64,000 bases of DNA, taken from contig NW_005202427.1 in NCBI RefSeq assembly GCF_000372725.1, positions 801,581 through 865,580 on the forward strand, read 5' to 3'. The stretch's first letter is position 1. Every line of letters begins with the position of its first letter. Made by a program: the position numbers and the translations under genes. Below the pieces are notes generated by a model. The model searched no databases and had not been told where the DNA came from. It was given only the letters and a program-made list of their open reading frames with translations. This document shows, one piece after another, positions 1-12,926 of the stretch. This stretch comes from Emiliania huxleyi CCMP1516. Lineage: Eukaryota.

Positions 1-190
1 ATTAGGGGGGTTTGGGGGGTCCACCCATTTGGCTTCCCCGGGGGTTCCCAAGGCAGGCTAGCTTGGGGGCGTTAAACCCTTTTTTTCCCCGGCAATGATT
101 TTAAGCGCTTTGGGGTGGGGGGGGGGGCGCTCCAAGAGGGGGGTTTTTGGGAAGGGGTCCCCCCCCCCCCCCCCTTTCCCCCCCCCCCCC
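1..190 (+). repeat. Degraded (low-quality read) copy of the dispersed repeat at 4153-4325
   Basis: Colinear similarity to 4153-4325 (ggcgctccaagag...ttgggaag.ggtcccccccc), with expanded homopolymers typical of read ends. Confidence 0.6.
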
Positions 191-1835
191 CCCGAGACAC
201 TCACACACACATGATGCCCAAATGGGCATGCTAAATTGGCAGACGCCGATACGCCGCGCGGGGCGCGCGCGCAGTCGGCGTGGGCTAGCCGGTCATAGCA
301 AAATCTCGCCAGCTTGCAGCTCGACGAGAGAGAGAGAGAGAGAGACTTAGCGCGTTGTTTTGTTTGTTTTTGCAGCTCGTGCGCGAAGATACAGGTAATG
401 TCTTGGAAAGTGAGTGGGTCCAAAAGGCCGCGGATCATACTCCCCACCCAGCAATCAACAAAGGTGTGCCATGGCGCTGCCAAGCTCTCGCCCTCTCTCG
501 CCGCTTGGCGGGGAGTTGGGGCTCTCTCACTCCCACCGGGCGAAGCGTGCCACTCGGCCGCGGGCCTCGCCCCACATATCTCGCCATCTCGCCTCGGCAC
601 AAGTCGCGCACGGCACTCGCTCACTCGGCGTCAGCATCACCTCTTGATGCTCCTGCTCCTGCCCGCCGCGAGCCACGCCCGCCACACACGACCGCGCCCG
701 ACTGTGGGGCCCGAGTGCCTCGCATTGCACATCTCGCCTTCCGCCCGATCTCTCGCCTCGCCCCTCGCCGCCGGACCCTCGTTCGCGGCTTTGACGCCTC
801 CACCACACTCTCCTGCAGGTACATCGACCGCAATGAGGGCGCATCGCACCTTCGTATAGATCTACCCAGTAGATCTGCCATGGACACCGCGACCCCCCCT
901 TCCCAGCCCTTCTCCCCACCTCATCTTCGGCTTCTCGTCACCTTCGACGCTATACTGGGCTTGGCGCGGCCCCCGCGCGCGCGGCGCACAACCAAACCTC
1001 GTGGTCGCCAAGAACCGGCGGCGCGCTCCAGAGCTGCTTGGCCCGCTCGACGATTCAGCAAGGAGTACGACGAAGGCCCGCCTCCCCTACCCCGCTCGAT
1101 CCTGCCCTTCCCCCTTCCGCCCTCTCCCGTCTCCCTCTTGCCCGCCGCGGCCGCCCCCCGTCCACAAGAACCAATTCCGCGCCGCCGCCCGTGAGCCGCG
1201 CCGCCCTCACATGCTGTGTGATATCCACCCCCCCGCGGCAGCGCCCTCCAGCCGCACACCGCCACCTCTCTGCCTCGAGACGGCGCCCATGACATGGATG
1301 ATTTGACAGTGCCCACACATCACCACCACCACCACCGCCACTATGGCCGCCGCCACCATCTTCCCTCACAGGTCGCGTGACTGGGCACGGGAGGCCGCCG
1401 CTGCCCTCGCTGGCACCGCCCCTTCGTCGCCGCCCAGGCCGCCGCCTCCGTCGCTGCCACCGCCGCCGCCGCCGCCGCGGCGGCGCCGCCGCCGCCGCCG
1501 CAATCCGCCGCCTCTGAGCCCCGTCTCCTGTGTAGCGCAGGACGCGTCGCGTCTGGACATTGCTCCCCCTCCCACACTCGCCCCTCCTCTCACATGATCA
1601 GACCCCCCTAGCCGTTTGCACGCACATCTGGCATCGTATGCAATGCAATCAGCCCGATTCGCCTGACGGCGCCCCACGCACCCAACGCGCTCAGGTCTAC
1701 AACCAACATGGCCATCAAGCAGGCATATACCCTCGCGCTCGGCCGCGCCCTCACCTCGCCCTCGCGCCATCTTCGCTTTCCCACGCGCTGGCCGCAATCA
1801 CGCGCCGGCGCCCCTTTGCCCGCTCACAGGTCCGC

Positions 1836-2719
1836 ATGCTCTTCCTCGTGGCGGCCGTGTCCGCCTTCGCGCCGATCGACCCGGGCGCCACGTGCGGCGT
1901 CGATGGCATCGACGAAACCGTCGAGAACGACGAGTATCACCACTCCTTCCACGCGGGCTACCGCACCTGCGCATCAGGCTTGCACGCTACCGCGTTCGGC
2001 GAATCTTCCGTAGCCTCGGGCGCAGACGCCACTGCGGCCGGAAAAGACACCGTTGCGTCGGGTAACCAATCGACAGCGACCGGCCACGGGACGGTGGCTT
2101 CGGGCACGGCCTCCACCGCGATGGGGAGGTCTACCGAAGCAAGCGGTAAGCACCGCCCACACCGAGGCCACTCCCAGACCCTCGCGCGACCGCGCTCCCA
2201 TCACCCCGTCCCCGCCCCCCCCCCGCCACCCTGCCCACACAGGCGGCTCCTCCCTGGCGACGGGCTACAACACCAAGGCGACGAACGACCGCTCCACCGC
2301 AATGGGGAGCGAAACCGAAGCAAGCGGTAAGCACCGCCCACACCGAGGCCACTTCCCGACCCTCGCGCGACCCCGCTCCCATCACCCCGCCCCCCCTTCC
2401 GCCCTGCCCATACAGGCTACATCTCGCTGGCGACGGGTAAGGAAACCAAGGCGACGGGCCAGTACTCCACCGCAATGGGGCTCGAAACCAAGGCGACGGG
2501 CGCATCCTCCACCGCAATGGGGCTCGACACCGAAGCAAGCGGTAAGCGCCGCCCACACCAAGGCCACACCCCGACCCTCGCGCGGCCGCGCTCCCATCAC
2601 CCCGGTCCCCGCCCCCCCCCACCCTGCTCACACAGGCTTAACCTCCCTGGCGACGGGCTACTACACCAAGGCGACGGGCACCCACTCCACCGCGATGGGG
2701 AAGTCTACCGAAGCAAGCG
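1836..2719 (+). CDS. Secreted YadA-like head (Hep_Hag) repeat protein, 3' incomplete; exons 1836-2145, 2243-2326, 2416-2541, 2636-2719
   Basis: Short hydrophobic N-terminus MLFLVAAVSAFAP, then 14-aa repeats ASGxxSTAMGxxTx. GTAAGC...ACAG introns; internal exons of 84/126/84 nt are multiples of 42 nt. Runs into an N gap. Confidence 0.8.
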
Positions 2720-3127
2720 GTAAGCACCGCCCACACCGAGGCGACACCCAGAGCCTCGTGGGGCTGCGCTCCTATCATCACGCCGCCCCCCCAAGGCAAT
2801 TTATGAAGGGTCTACTTTGAGCACGCGGGGGGGAGCCATAGTCCCCCGTGGACCACTCCGCCAGACGGCTTCTGGCTCGCGATCGGACAGCCCAGTTGTN
2901 NNNNNNNNNNNNNNNNNNNNNNNNNNNNNNNNNNNNNNNNNNNNNNNNNNNNNNNNNNNNNNNNNNNNNNNNNNNNNNNNNNNNNNNNNNNNNNNNNNNN
3001 NNNNNNNNNNNNNNNNNNNNNNNNNNNNNNNNNNNNNNNNNNNNNNNNNNNNNNNNNNNNNNNNNNNNNNNNNNNNNNNNNNNNNNNNNNNNNNNNNNNN
3101 NNNNNNNNNNNNNNNNNNNNNNNNNNN

Positions 3128-3590
3128 CGGCCGGGCGGCAGTACTCGTTCGAATTTTGCGAGCCGTGCGCGTGCCGAGGCGCCCGCGGCGCGCGCCCGCC
3201 CGGCTGCCAGTAGGAGGCGGCGCAATATGGCCTATAGTACAGCCCTTGAGGAGGAGGAAGAGGCTGGCTGGCAGTGCTGTATGCCGCCGAGGGGCAGTTT
3301 TGGGGTGCTGTCACGGGCCCAGGGGGCTGCAGAAGGCGTCCGCAACCGGGACAACCCGCCCCCCCAGCCGAGGCCGGTCGAAGCCCACTTGGACACAGCC
3401 ATGAGGAGTCCTCTTGGTGCTCCTGGCGGCCGTTTGAACCTCGGGCGCGCGCCGATGGGGGGGGGGGGGGTCTTGCTTGCTCCACACCGAGCGCCCACGG
3501 TCCGGACTGGCGTGTCCACCGAGGGTCGGCTTGCACAAGGTCTGAGCCGCGGGCGCTCGGCGCCAAGTGCAGTGTCACGCTCGTGCTCGC
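3128..3590 (+). repeat. Dispersed repeat, inverted copy of 26420-26882
   Basis: Near-identical reverse complement of 26420-26882. Confidence 0.85.
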
Positions 3591-3744
3591 GCGTGACAAA
3601 CCGGGGAACCCTCGTTTCCTAGTCACTCGGTCCCCCAACGGAAGAGGCCTCGCTCCTATTGGAACATTCCAACATCAGATTTGCCTCGTGCGTCCCTTTT
3701 TGAGCCGGAAAGCTATTTTCTTTTGGCTCCTGTGGGCACCCTAA

Positions 3745-4149
<405 letters not shown>

Positions 4150-4152
4150 ACT

Positions 4153-4325
4153 TAGCGGGTTCGAGCCGTCACACATTGGCTGCCCGGGGTGTGCCGAGGC
4201 TGGCTGGCTGTGTGGCGGTAAGCCGTCATTGCCCGGCACTGCTTGCAGCGCTCTGGGTGGTGGTGGCGGCGCTCCAAGAGTGGTGCTCTTGGGAAGAGGT
4301 CCCCCCCCCCCCCCCTTTGGCCAGG
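4153..4325 (+). repeat. Dispersed repeat (related to 1-190)
   Basis: Colinear similarity with the window start. Confidence 0.55.
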
Positions 4326-4930
4326 CGGGGGCGTGCATTCGCTCCCCACTAGTTGGCCGACGTGGCGGTGGCCGCGCGTGGCCGCGCGTACTCTCGCGCG
4401 TTACGGCTCCCCCTCACTCTCCCATGTGTGCGTCGTGGACTCTCGCTCGGCCTGTCTGGACTTCGGTCTTCGCTTTGGGCACTCTCGGACTGGGCTCTGT
4501 GTCTGTGTCTGGTCCTGCTCTGGCCTCTGCGGGTCGATGCCGCGGTCTGCGCGCACACACATGCATGTCACAGAGCGCGCGTGCTTGTGCCTTTTTGAAT
4601 TATTTAGCACAGCGCGTTACAAAAGGTGAGACAGCACGGCGCCGTAAAGTACGTGTACGCCTACGCGGTAGCCGGTACGGCCGTGCAGAGCCGTGTTAGG
4701 CCGACGCGGCGTCCGGGAGGTATAAGGTACCTTTGCTTCAAGTGTCGGACCTTCAAAAATGCGCACCACCATACCACCAAAATTTCGAACCCTTGCTGAG
4801 TTCACCCTTAGGGGGCCCCTCCTAGAGTACAGCTGGGACGGGAACTAGCCGGGGCAGTCGGAGAAGAAACCGTGCACTGACGGTCGGCCGTTCTCTCAGC
4901 ACGGTTTCTTCTGTGGGGCCCCACGGTTGC

Positions 4931-5600
4931 TCAGATCGTGTAGTTGGACTCCTGCCACTCTCCCACACACAGTTCGCGGCATGTGTGCGCCAGCTTGTGC
5001 GCATGGCAGCCACCTGTGCTGACTTGCTTGATGTGCTTGATGTTTCCCGAGGCCAAGGCCTTCCTGTAGGCCCTGTTCACCGAAGGCTGCCCCCCCCATC
5101 CGATGGCTTGACCAAACACATTGCAATTCTCAACCACAAGGCGCGCCCCTGTGTGCGACATGCGGCCAAACATCACAATGTCGTTCGAGGCGATGTTGAA
5201 CGCGTGCCCGCCGTCCACGAATACGAAGTCGCAGCGCAGCTCGCCTTTCTGTACCGCCAGGGGCAGCGTTTCAAGCGATGATCCGAGCACCAGCCGATGT
5301 CGCTTGGCGTACCCGTAGTCGTGCTCAAGGATGTCCTGGGCGACCGCGACGTAGTCGTGCTCGCCGAGGTCGAAGGAGTGTACGGTCACGTTCCTCGGTG
5401 TGCTGCAGAGGAACGCGAGCGCAGAAACTCCCGCGTTGAAGCCCGTCTGGCAGACGTGCGTAAGCGGTGGGTGTCCCTGGCCGCGGCGTCCCTGGCGCAG
5501 AGCATCATGGACGAGCGCAACCTCCTCCATAAACTCAAGCTCGTCAGTGCCGCCCTCTGGCAATGGTGAGCTGCTGCCGCTCGGGCCGTTCCTGCTTCCG
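4931..5600 (-). CDS. Class I SAM-dependent methyltransferase (Methyltransf_24-like), last exon
   Basis: Motifs VCQTGFNAGVSA, VHSFDLG, LVLGSS, CDFVFVDGGH. Pyrimidine-rich CAG acceptor at 5601-5603; 5' exon not resolved. Confidence 0.8.
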
Positions 5601-5981
5601 CTGTGAGGAGAGACACGAGAGAGAGGGCGTGAATCCACGGCTCTGTCAGTCTATTGGAGTATCACGCATTCGCTGTGGCGTGGGGCGCGTTTGCACTCGC
5701 GTGAGCGACGGATCTCGCGCGCGAGAGTCGCGCTTATAGCCTGCGGCGTGGTCTTGCAGTTGCAGCTTGCACCACCGATTGTGGGTTCGTCGTTCGCGAC
5801 GCGTCCCATATGAAAGCGGGAAATGTTTTCCGGGTTTTGCTCTCGTTTGGGGGCCACGAGGTGATGAGCGAGGCGGCGCCTCATCCCTCAAGCCCGCGCA
5901 AAATCGAAAATTAAGATCAGAAAAGAGACCGCGAGAGCACAACTGCACTAATCTAGGTGTGCGCCTCAGACAGAGTGTGTG

Positions 5982-8240
5982 TTAACGCGAGGACCACCTG
6001 GCCGATGCCAGCCAGAGGAGTGGGAGGGGCCCGTAGCTCTCCTCCCTGGTAAAGCCGTACGGCGTGCCATCACACGCGAGCCATGTCGAGGAGAGGCATC
6101 CCCTTCTCGAGCCGCGCGCGAACTGGACCGCCGCGCGGAGCACCGTCGCGTAGCGGCCGACGTACGAGCCGTCGTACATCACGGTGAACGGCCTCTCGCG
6201 CTTGTACCCGCTCGGCCAGTAGTCCTCAAACACGCCGCGGTAGCCGGTGCCGCTGTACCCGTCCATCGTGCGCCGCGGGTCGAGGTGCAGCTCGAGCCCG
6301 CCTGCAGGACGTGTCTCGGACATGTCATGGACGTGTCCTCGACATGTCGGGCAACAGTGCTCCTCGAGCCCGCCGACAGAGCCGATGAGCTGCGCAGCGG
6401 GAGGCACCACGCGCGTCCGCAGCCGCGACGGGCCCGCCGACCGCTCCCCTCCCGTCGAACCCCCGCCGCCCTCGGCGGCGTCGGAGGCGGCGGCGGCGGA
6501 AGGCGCGGCGGCCGACCCGCCGTCCACCGCCGCCGGCTCTGCCGCGGCGATGGGCGGCGGCCTCACTTGCTCGGGCGCCTTCCAAGCCTCGACCTCGCGC
6601 AAGCCGACGTACGCGCGCGGGTTGGCGGGCACGAAGAGCGCGCCCGTGCGGCCCTCGGAGTCCTCGAGGTACTTGAGGAGCAGCGGCGTCGTCTTTGACG
6701 CTCGCACCTAGTGGATTCGTTAATGAACTGCCTCAACACTTAACTAAACTCGAGGAGCAGCGGCGGCGTCTTTGAGGCTCGCACCTGCAGCAGGTGCGCC
6801 TTGAAGCGGCGCCGCATCCCCCCCGGCGCGAGCCCCGTCGCCTGTCAACCCATTCATTCGCAGTCACTGGATGAAGTCCTTCACGGACCCCCTCCCCCCC
6901 GGCGCGATCCCCATCGCCGACACAAACCCGCCCACCGCCACGCCGTGCGGCAGCAGAGGCAGACCGTCCTCGCCGAGCTCGACCTGTCCACACACGCCCG
7001 GCCGTGAAGAGGCCGCTGTTCGCAGCAGAGGGAGAGCCCCTGACCTATAGGGCGCGGCCGCACCTCCTCCTCCTCCTCCTCCCCCCGCCCGCCGGCCCCC
7101 TCCGCCGGCTCTGTCCGCGGTGGCCGCAGCGTGTGTGCGGCCGCGGCCGCGGCCGCGGCGGCCGCCGCCTCGGCCTCGTCGGCAGCCTTGAGCTCGGAGG
7201 CGGTGGGGAGGGTGGGCGGCGGCTCGCGTAGGGGCGAGACCTCGAGCCGCAGCAGCTCCGCCGGCCTCTTGGGTAATCTCGGGTACTCTCGGGTAACCTC
7301 GCCTGCCACGGCTCGCACTCTCGGGTACTCTCGGGTGATCTCGGGTAATCTCGGGTAACCTCGCCTGCCACGGCTCGCACTCTCGGCGGCGCGGCCCACG
7401 TCCGCTCGTTCGGCAAGTCGCGCGGCGGCGGCTGGGCAGCTCCGCCTTGGGCGGCTTCTTGCCCGCGCCGGCGCCGCCGCCGCCCTTGCCGCCGCCGCCC
7501 TTGCCTCCGCCCTTGCCGTCTCCCGTAGCACGGCGCGGTGCGACGCGGCAGGGCAGGTTGGCGCGCGAGGGCGGAAGCATCGCGCCTTGCGCGTCCCTGC
7601 ACCTGAGAACCAACCCCACCCCCTCGCCGCGTGATCACTCGAGATTACCCGAGATTACCCGAGATTACCCGAGATTACTCCTCGCCGCGTGGGTCAGACT
7701 GCTGGGCAGCGCGGCGCGGCGCTTGCCAGCTCCGCCTCCGAACTTCGGCATGTCGAGGAGTAATCTCGGGTGATCTCGGGGAATCTCGGGTGATCTCCGC
7801 CTCCGAACTTCGGCATGTCGAGGCAAGCAGAGCACTGGCCGCAGTCGGCGGCGCTGGCGCAGCTTGGGCAGAACCAGCTGCCCTCGGGCACCGCGGCCAG
7901 CGGCGGCGCGAGGCACTTGAGGTGGTACGCGCCTGTCCACAACAGCTAGCCGCGTGAAGACACCGCGTGGACGCGCCGTCCTCCACTCGGAGGCTGTGCG
8001 GCGGTCGGCGCCTGCGCAGCCCTCGCTGTCGCAGAGAAGCATCTCGTTGCCTACTTGCCCGTCCCGCGGACGAGTCACACGACCCAGAGCTCGTCGCCGC
8101 GGCCGCACAGACGCGTCTCGCTGCCGCTCTTCCAGCCGCCCGCGCCGCACTCTCCGCACACCGCGTATTGCCCCCACCTCTGGGGGGAGGCGGGGGCCCC
8201 CGGAGGCACCGTGCGCCGCGCAGCAGTGCGGAAACGGGGC
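5982..8240 (-). CDS. Multi-exon chromatin/DNA-binding protein: PHD finger + CXXC-type zinc finger + AP2-like domain
   Basis: CGECG...MLLCDSEGC|AGAYHLKCLAPPLAAVPEGSWFCPSC (PHD); CGQCSACLDMPKFGG (CXXC); GLELHL...TGYRGV...YVGRYATVLRAAVQFAR (AP2-like). Start not resolved. Confidence 0.75.
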
Positions 8241-8253
8241 CCCGGCTCTACTA

Positions 8254-8685
8254 TTGGGGCAAATGTAGATTTCCCGAAATATTTTGAGAAATATGACAGC
8301 CTTGTTCGGAAGGAGAAATTTCCGGAAATTTACCATACCTGTGTTGACGCGAATGACACTGACGCCTGAATGACACTGACGCCCGATGACCCGCTTGACC
8401 GGTGACCGATGACCGCTGACCGCTGACCGATGACCAGCGTCAGCCTCTCCGCGGAGGCGCACCATCACTGCCGCGCGGGCCTGCCGGCTCAAGCAAGGCA
8501 CGGCAGGCCCGCACGGTGCCTGGTCCAACATGGGGGACACCTTACACGGAAAGGGGCGAAACTTGAGCATGGAGTGACGGGGCGAAGAAATTTCTCGCAA
8601 ATTTGCCGTGGTGGGGCACGAAATAAAGACGAAAGAAATGAAAGAAATATCCTTACGCTGGGCAGGAAATCTACATTTGCCCCAA
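8254..8685. mobile_element. MITE, 21-bp TIR, 8-bp TSD (hAT-like)
   Basis: TTGGGGCAAATGTAGATTTCC ... GGAAATCTACATTTGCCCCAA flanked by CTCTACTA at 8246-8253 and 8686-8693. Confidence 0.9.
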
Positions 8686-9835
8686 CTCTACTAGTCTCTA
8701 CTAGCACCGACTTCCCGAATGGTTACGGTTGGTTAGAGGGCAGATTTGGAGAGATCTCGAGGAGTACATACAGATAGACCCTCCAACCATCAGAAAACTC
8801 CGACCTGATCGGTCGTACTGACCGCCGACAGATCACTCCAGACAGCAGACAGGCCCGACGTCTGCACGCGGCCGGCCGGGCGAGAGGCTTGACACGATCC
8901 GACCCTGCGACCTTGACGCTGCTGCTCTAGCTATCAGACATGCACTACTGACTGCTGCCACAATATGCGACCGGTGCTGGCCCACTTGGCGGCCTTCCCG
9001 GTCAGTGGTGAGGCGCAGTTCAGAGCTGTCGATGGCGCGATGCCGCACTGGTCCCACATTGGTGACACGAGACCACCACGTTTGCCGGAGGGTCCCAGAG
9101 AGAGGCACCGGCGCTGTCGTGAGAAGGTGCATGGTCCCTCTTGACTGCCCATGCGCGCGAGGCTGTGTAGGCATAGCCTCGAGAGTGCCAGCAGCCAATC
9201 CGAGGCAGTTTGTGACGCGCATTGCGTCAGAAGCGTGCACGCGCTGGAAGGACACCTTCCTACTGGCCGTACGATCAGGTCTTCACTGAATGGTGGATTT
9301 CAAGGCCGCGAGCTATGCAGGTGGTCAATTGTGCAGAAGGCCACGGTCAGCAGCGCCGACAGGCTGTCGCAAGGCGTGATAGCATGGTCGCAATATATAC
9401 GCGAAATTCTCGTGAAAACAAGTAGAATCTTTAAACAAGTAGAAAAGCGCGCAAAAAACAAAAAAAACTGTAAAAAATCGGCGCCTGCGGCGGGCCATGG
9501 GACCCCATCTCCCCCCCGCATGGGTACCCCTAGGGGCCCCGCCTCCCCCCAGAGCTCCCCACTGGCACTGCCTCCACACTACACCGTGAGTATTTTACTC
9601 GTATTAATATTTGAGACTTTCCGCACAACCCTTTGTCGTGAACACCATCCCACGTGTGAGGCTAATGCCTGCGCTCACACAGACAAGTCTGGCACTGAAA
9701 GGTCCCCAGGTGGACGAGAAGACCCGCGTCAGCAAAAAGAGAAAGATCGGCGGTACTACAGGAAGATGACGCGACGCGACCCAGGCTGCACCGACATCCA
9801 ACCGTGCTCCCGCGTCTCGGCGGTCCTCCGACGCG

Positions 9836-10582
9836 CTAGTTGGCTGCGTGCAGCACGGCGCCGCCAAAGCCGGACGCGATTATGCGCACCGGCGCGAGCA
9901 CCAGCCGCGGCCCTATCTCCGCGACGTCGAGCACGCCGCCGCCTCCGACGGCCTCCTGGATGCGGTAGACGCGCATCCACACGCGCCCGTCCAGCCAGGA
10001 GAAGGAGACGCTGTGCCTGGCTGCCGCGTGCTTGGCGCCGCTCGCGCCGGCGGACCCGGCAGCGTCGCCGCTCCCGCCGCCGCCGTCGCCGCTCCCGCCG
10101 CCGTCGCCTCGGTGCCGGCGCGGCACCGCAAAGGCTCGAGAGAGCAGCGCGCGCATGACGCGCCGGTCGGCAGTCTGGCCAAAGGAGGAGTCGAAGACGA
10201 CCACGTTGCGCGCGCCGAGCACGCGCCGCGCCTCCAGCTTGAGCTCCGCGACGGTGTGAATGTTCATCACGCGGAACATCGCCGTCGGCCCGTCAGGGCA
10301 GCCGCCGACCCACATGTAGAGGCGGCGCGGGTCGCGCGCGTCGAGCAGCAGCGAGGTCGAGCAGTCGTTCTCCTCGCAGAGCGCCGCCATCCCGCCGAGC
10401 CCCGCCTCGTCCGTGTCCACTTTCGAGTGCGGCAGGCCGTGCGGCAGCAGCCGAGTGAGGTCGCGCATCAGGTGGCGGTGGCGTGCGCGGATCCCTCGCG
10501 TGCTCGCCACAAGGCAGCCAGCGCCGTGCGCGACGGCGGCCTGCTCCGCCTTGCCGCTCTTCCGCTTTCTCTTCTCCACCAT
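9836..10582 (-). CDS. BRX1: Brix-domain ribosome biogenesis protein BRX1-like
   Basis: STRGI..RHRHLMRDL..LLPH, LYMWV...PDGPTAMF.V.NIHTVAELK, FSWLDGRVWMR.Y, EIGPRLVL.PVRI..SGFGGAVL; intronless. Confidence 0.9.
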   Translation of the reverse strand: MVEKRKRKSGKAEQAAVAHGAGCLVASTRGIRARHRHLMRDLTRLLPHGLPHSKVDTDEAGLGGMAALCEENDCSTSLLLDARDPRRLYMWVGGCPDGPTAMFRVMNIHTVAELKLEARRVLGARNVVVFDSSFGQTADRRVMRALLSRAFAVPRRHRGDGGGSGDGGGGSGDAAGSAGASGAKHAAARHSVSFSWLDGRVWMRVYRIQEAVGGGGVLDVAEIGPRLVLAPVRIIASGFGGAVLHAAN

Positions 10583-10879
10583 GACCAGCGTTGAGAGCGT
10601 GCCCCGGTCGTGCGTTTATGGATCGCCACGTCTTTCTTTATTGAGCTTAGCCTTCGGTGTTATGAAACTACGCAAGGCGGACATGGCATATCGCTCTCGG
10701 GCCCACAGACATCCCGCACACTCGCCGCACACCCGCCGCCCCCGCGCGCGCCCCACCCCGGCCGGGAGAAAGGGGAGTGACAGTTTGGGACGGCGACAGC
10801 CCGAGTATGTTGAGTCCTGGCTCAACAACGCAGATAACAAGAGGGGGTGGTCCGGCTCACAAGTCCGGCTCACGCGCCT

Positions 10880-10956
10880 CGAGCTGACCATCTACCGCAC
10901 TGAGCACTTCCGCCCCCTCGCTCCCAACCCATCCACCCCGCCCCGGGCCGCGCCGC
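10880..10956. repeat. ~77-bp element shared with 21343-21417
   Basis: cgagct.accatctacc..actga.cacttccgccccctcgctcccaacccatccacc.cgcc.cgggccgcgccgc at both loci. Confidence 0.85.
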
Positions 10957-11003
10957 TTCTTTATTTCAGCTTTGGAAAAGAGTATAAAACTCTTCAGAGA
11001 GGC

Positions 11004-12601
11004 TCATTGCTTTAGCCGAGTCACACGCTCTGATGCAAGAGTGCACTGAGTGGACCAATCTGTCCGGGCAAGGATGGACATGACCGCAGCGGTGTATAAT
11101 ACCCGTCCTGCGCAGAGGAAGCGGGAGAGAATCATTGTTCGCTCTTGCAACGACCCCCCCTCGCCCCTGTGTGTGTGCAAGCCCCGCCAGACCTGCAGCT
11201 TGCCCTGCCACAAATCCCTGCACGCCTAGCCCAAAGCTGAAGCCGAGGAGCAGCCCCAGAGGGAAGCCAATGCAAGTGAAGCAGAGCTGCGCCAGCTTGG
11301 CGGCAGTCTTTTGCCTGTGGGGCAAGGGGTTTCCGATGGCGCAACTTTCGTGCGTGTTGGCCCGGGGTGGAGGAAGGGCGATTTTGGCCTGGCACAGCCA
11401 GCCATCACGGCGTTGGCTATTGCCATTAGACCCCCAGCACAGGAGTTGACGACTAGCCACGGCACCAGTGCGTGGAGCTGCAAAATAACAGCCTCGTCTC
11501 GCGTGAAGATCCGAGCCCAGCCGCTAGTAAAGGCGCAGACCGCGAAGAGGGGCAATGGCAGCCAGCACCCGAGCAGAAGGCGGCCATTTCGTATCGCAAG
11601 AGAGGCGAGGCTGGGAAGCCCAGCCCCCAGAGCTCTTCCGACACAAACAGTGACCCCACTTCGAACCCCGTTCGGCACGTCGTAAATCATCTTCAACGTC
11701 GAGCTGAGGATACAAGGCGGGGATGTGTGTGAGGTTGCTGTAGTCTACATCGTGCAGGGGAAGGGATAGTGGCGCACGTATATACCGAGAGGGCGGAGAC
11801 GGCGACGGCCGGATTTGGCACCAGGCCGGTGCATACCATGATGGCCTCTCCCGTCCAGTAGTCACTCATGAGCACGCCCGGCAAGACGAGCCGCAAGAGC
11901 TCCCCTCGGCCGTCTCTCAGGCCGCGCCGAGTGAGGCCGCCGAACGGGCGGTCGAGGTCAGCGTGCGGGCTGATGCAGTGCATGTACAAGGTGGCAGCGC
12001 GTGCGATCCACATAGCTGAGTTTGCGCATCCCGCGCCGAGGAAGCCGAGGCGGGTATTGAACACGAGAGAGTAGCAGACTGCTGCATGGAATGGCGTCAG
12101 GGCGAGGTTGATGTAGAGCGGCGGCTTGGTAATCTTTTGGCATGCGAGCCAGGCTTGTAGCACCTCGCAAACGCCTCGTGCGGCGGTGACCGGCAGAATG
12201 GCAATAGCATATTCGCCCGCCAATGTCGCAAACTGCTCACCCATGCCAAGCAGGCGCACAAACAATGGCAGGATACAGAGCAGCGCCATGATCGGCAGGG
12301 CCATCGCGCAGGCAAGAGGAAGCGCACGCTCGAGAACCAAACCAAGTGCCTCGTGGTCAGACTTGCCAGCAGCCTGCGAGGAAGCAGTCGACACAGCCCG
12401 CCCCAAGGCAACGGCAACGCTGACGCCGACGAGTTGGTTTACTGATGATGCAAAGGCTGCCGCGCCAAGAACGGTAGCACTCCCCGCATGTCCAATGCAT
12501 ATCAAATTCACCCAGGCGTTGAGGTGCTCAAGGATGTTTTTGAGCGCTATGGGCGTGGAGAGTATCATTAACTCCCGCACGCTCCCTTGATCAGAGATCA
12601 T
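11004..12601 (-). CDS. MATE (DTX) efflux transporter, multi-exon
   Basis: IGHAG..VLGAAAFA, STASSQAAG, LGFLGAGCA, VGRALGAG, GCARQK, C-terminal RTDW; many TM segments. Confidence 0.9.
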
Positions 12602-12926
12602 CTCTTGTGCCTCGCACACCACACACAAGATGGCGAGAGCGGCGGGGGGCTCGCCACCAGACACAGTCTGAGGCACAGGGTCGCGTCGACGACTCCTATA
12701 GCCCTCAGGCGCGGGAAGCTGAAGCTCCTTCGGGCGCCACCGCAGGGGACGACGTAATCTACTCGAGTAGTCTGTACTCGAGTAATCTGAGAACGCATGT
12801 CCGCCGACCTTGAGCACTTGAGCACTTGATAGGGTCGATTCCGCATGGTACGGGACCCCTCGATCGTCTCGCCCTCCCTCACTGGTGTGTTCATTGGGTG
12901 GGGTCCTAACAAACAAAACAAACAAA

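Noticed and set aside
355..1800. Long Pro/Arg/Ala-rich overlapping ORFs (and similar antisense ORFs throughout)
   Set aside because: Expected from stop-codon scarcity at high GC; no domains
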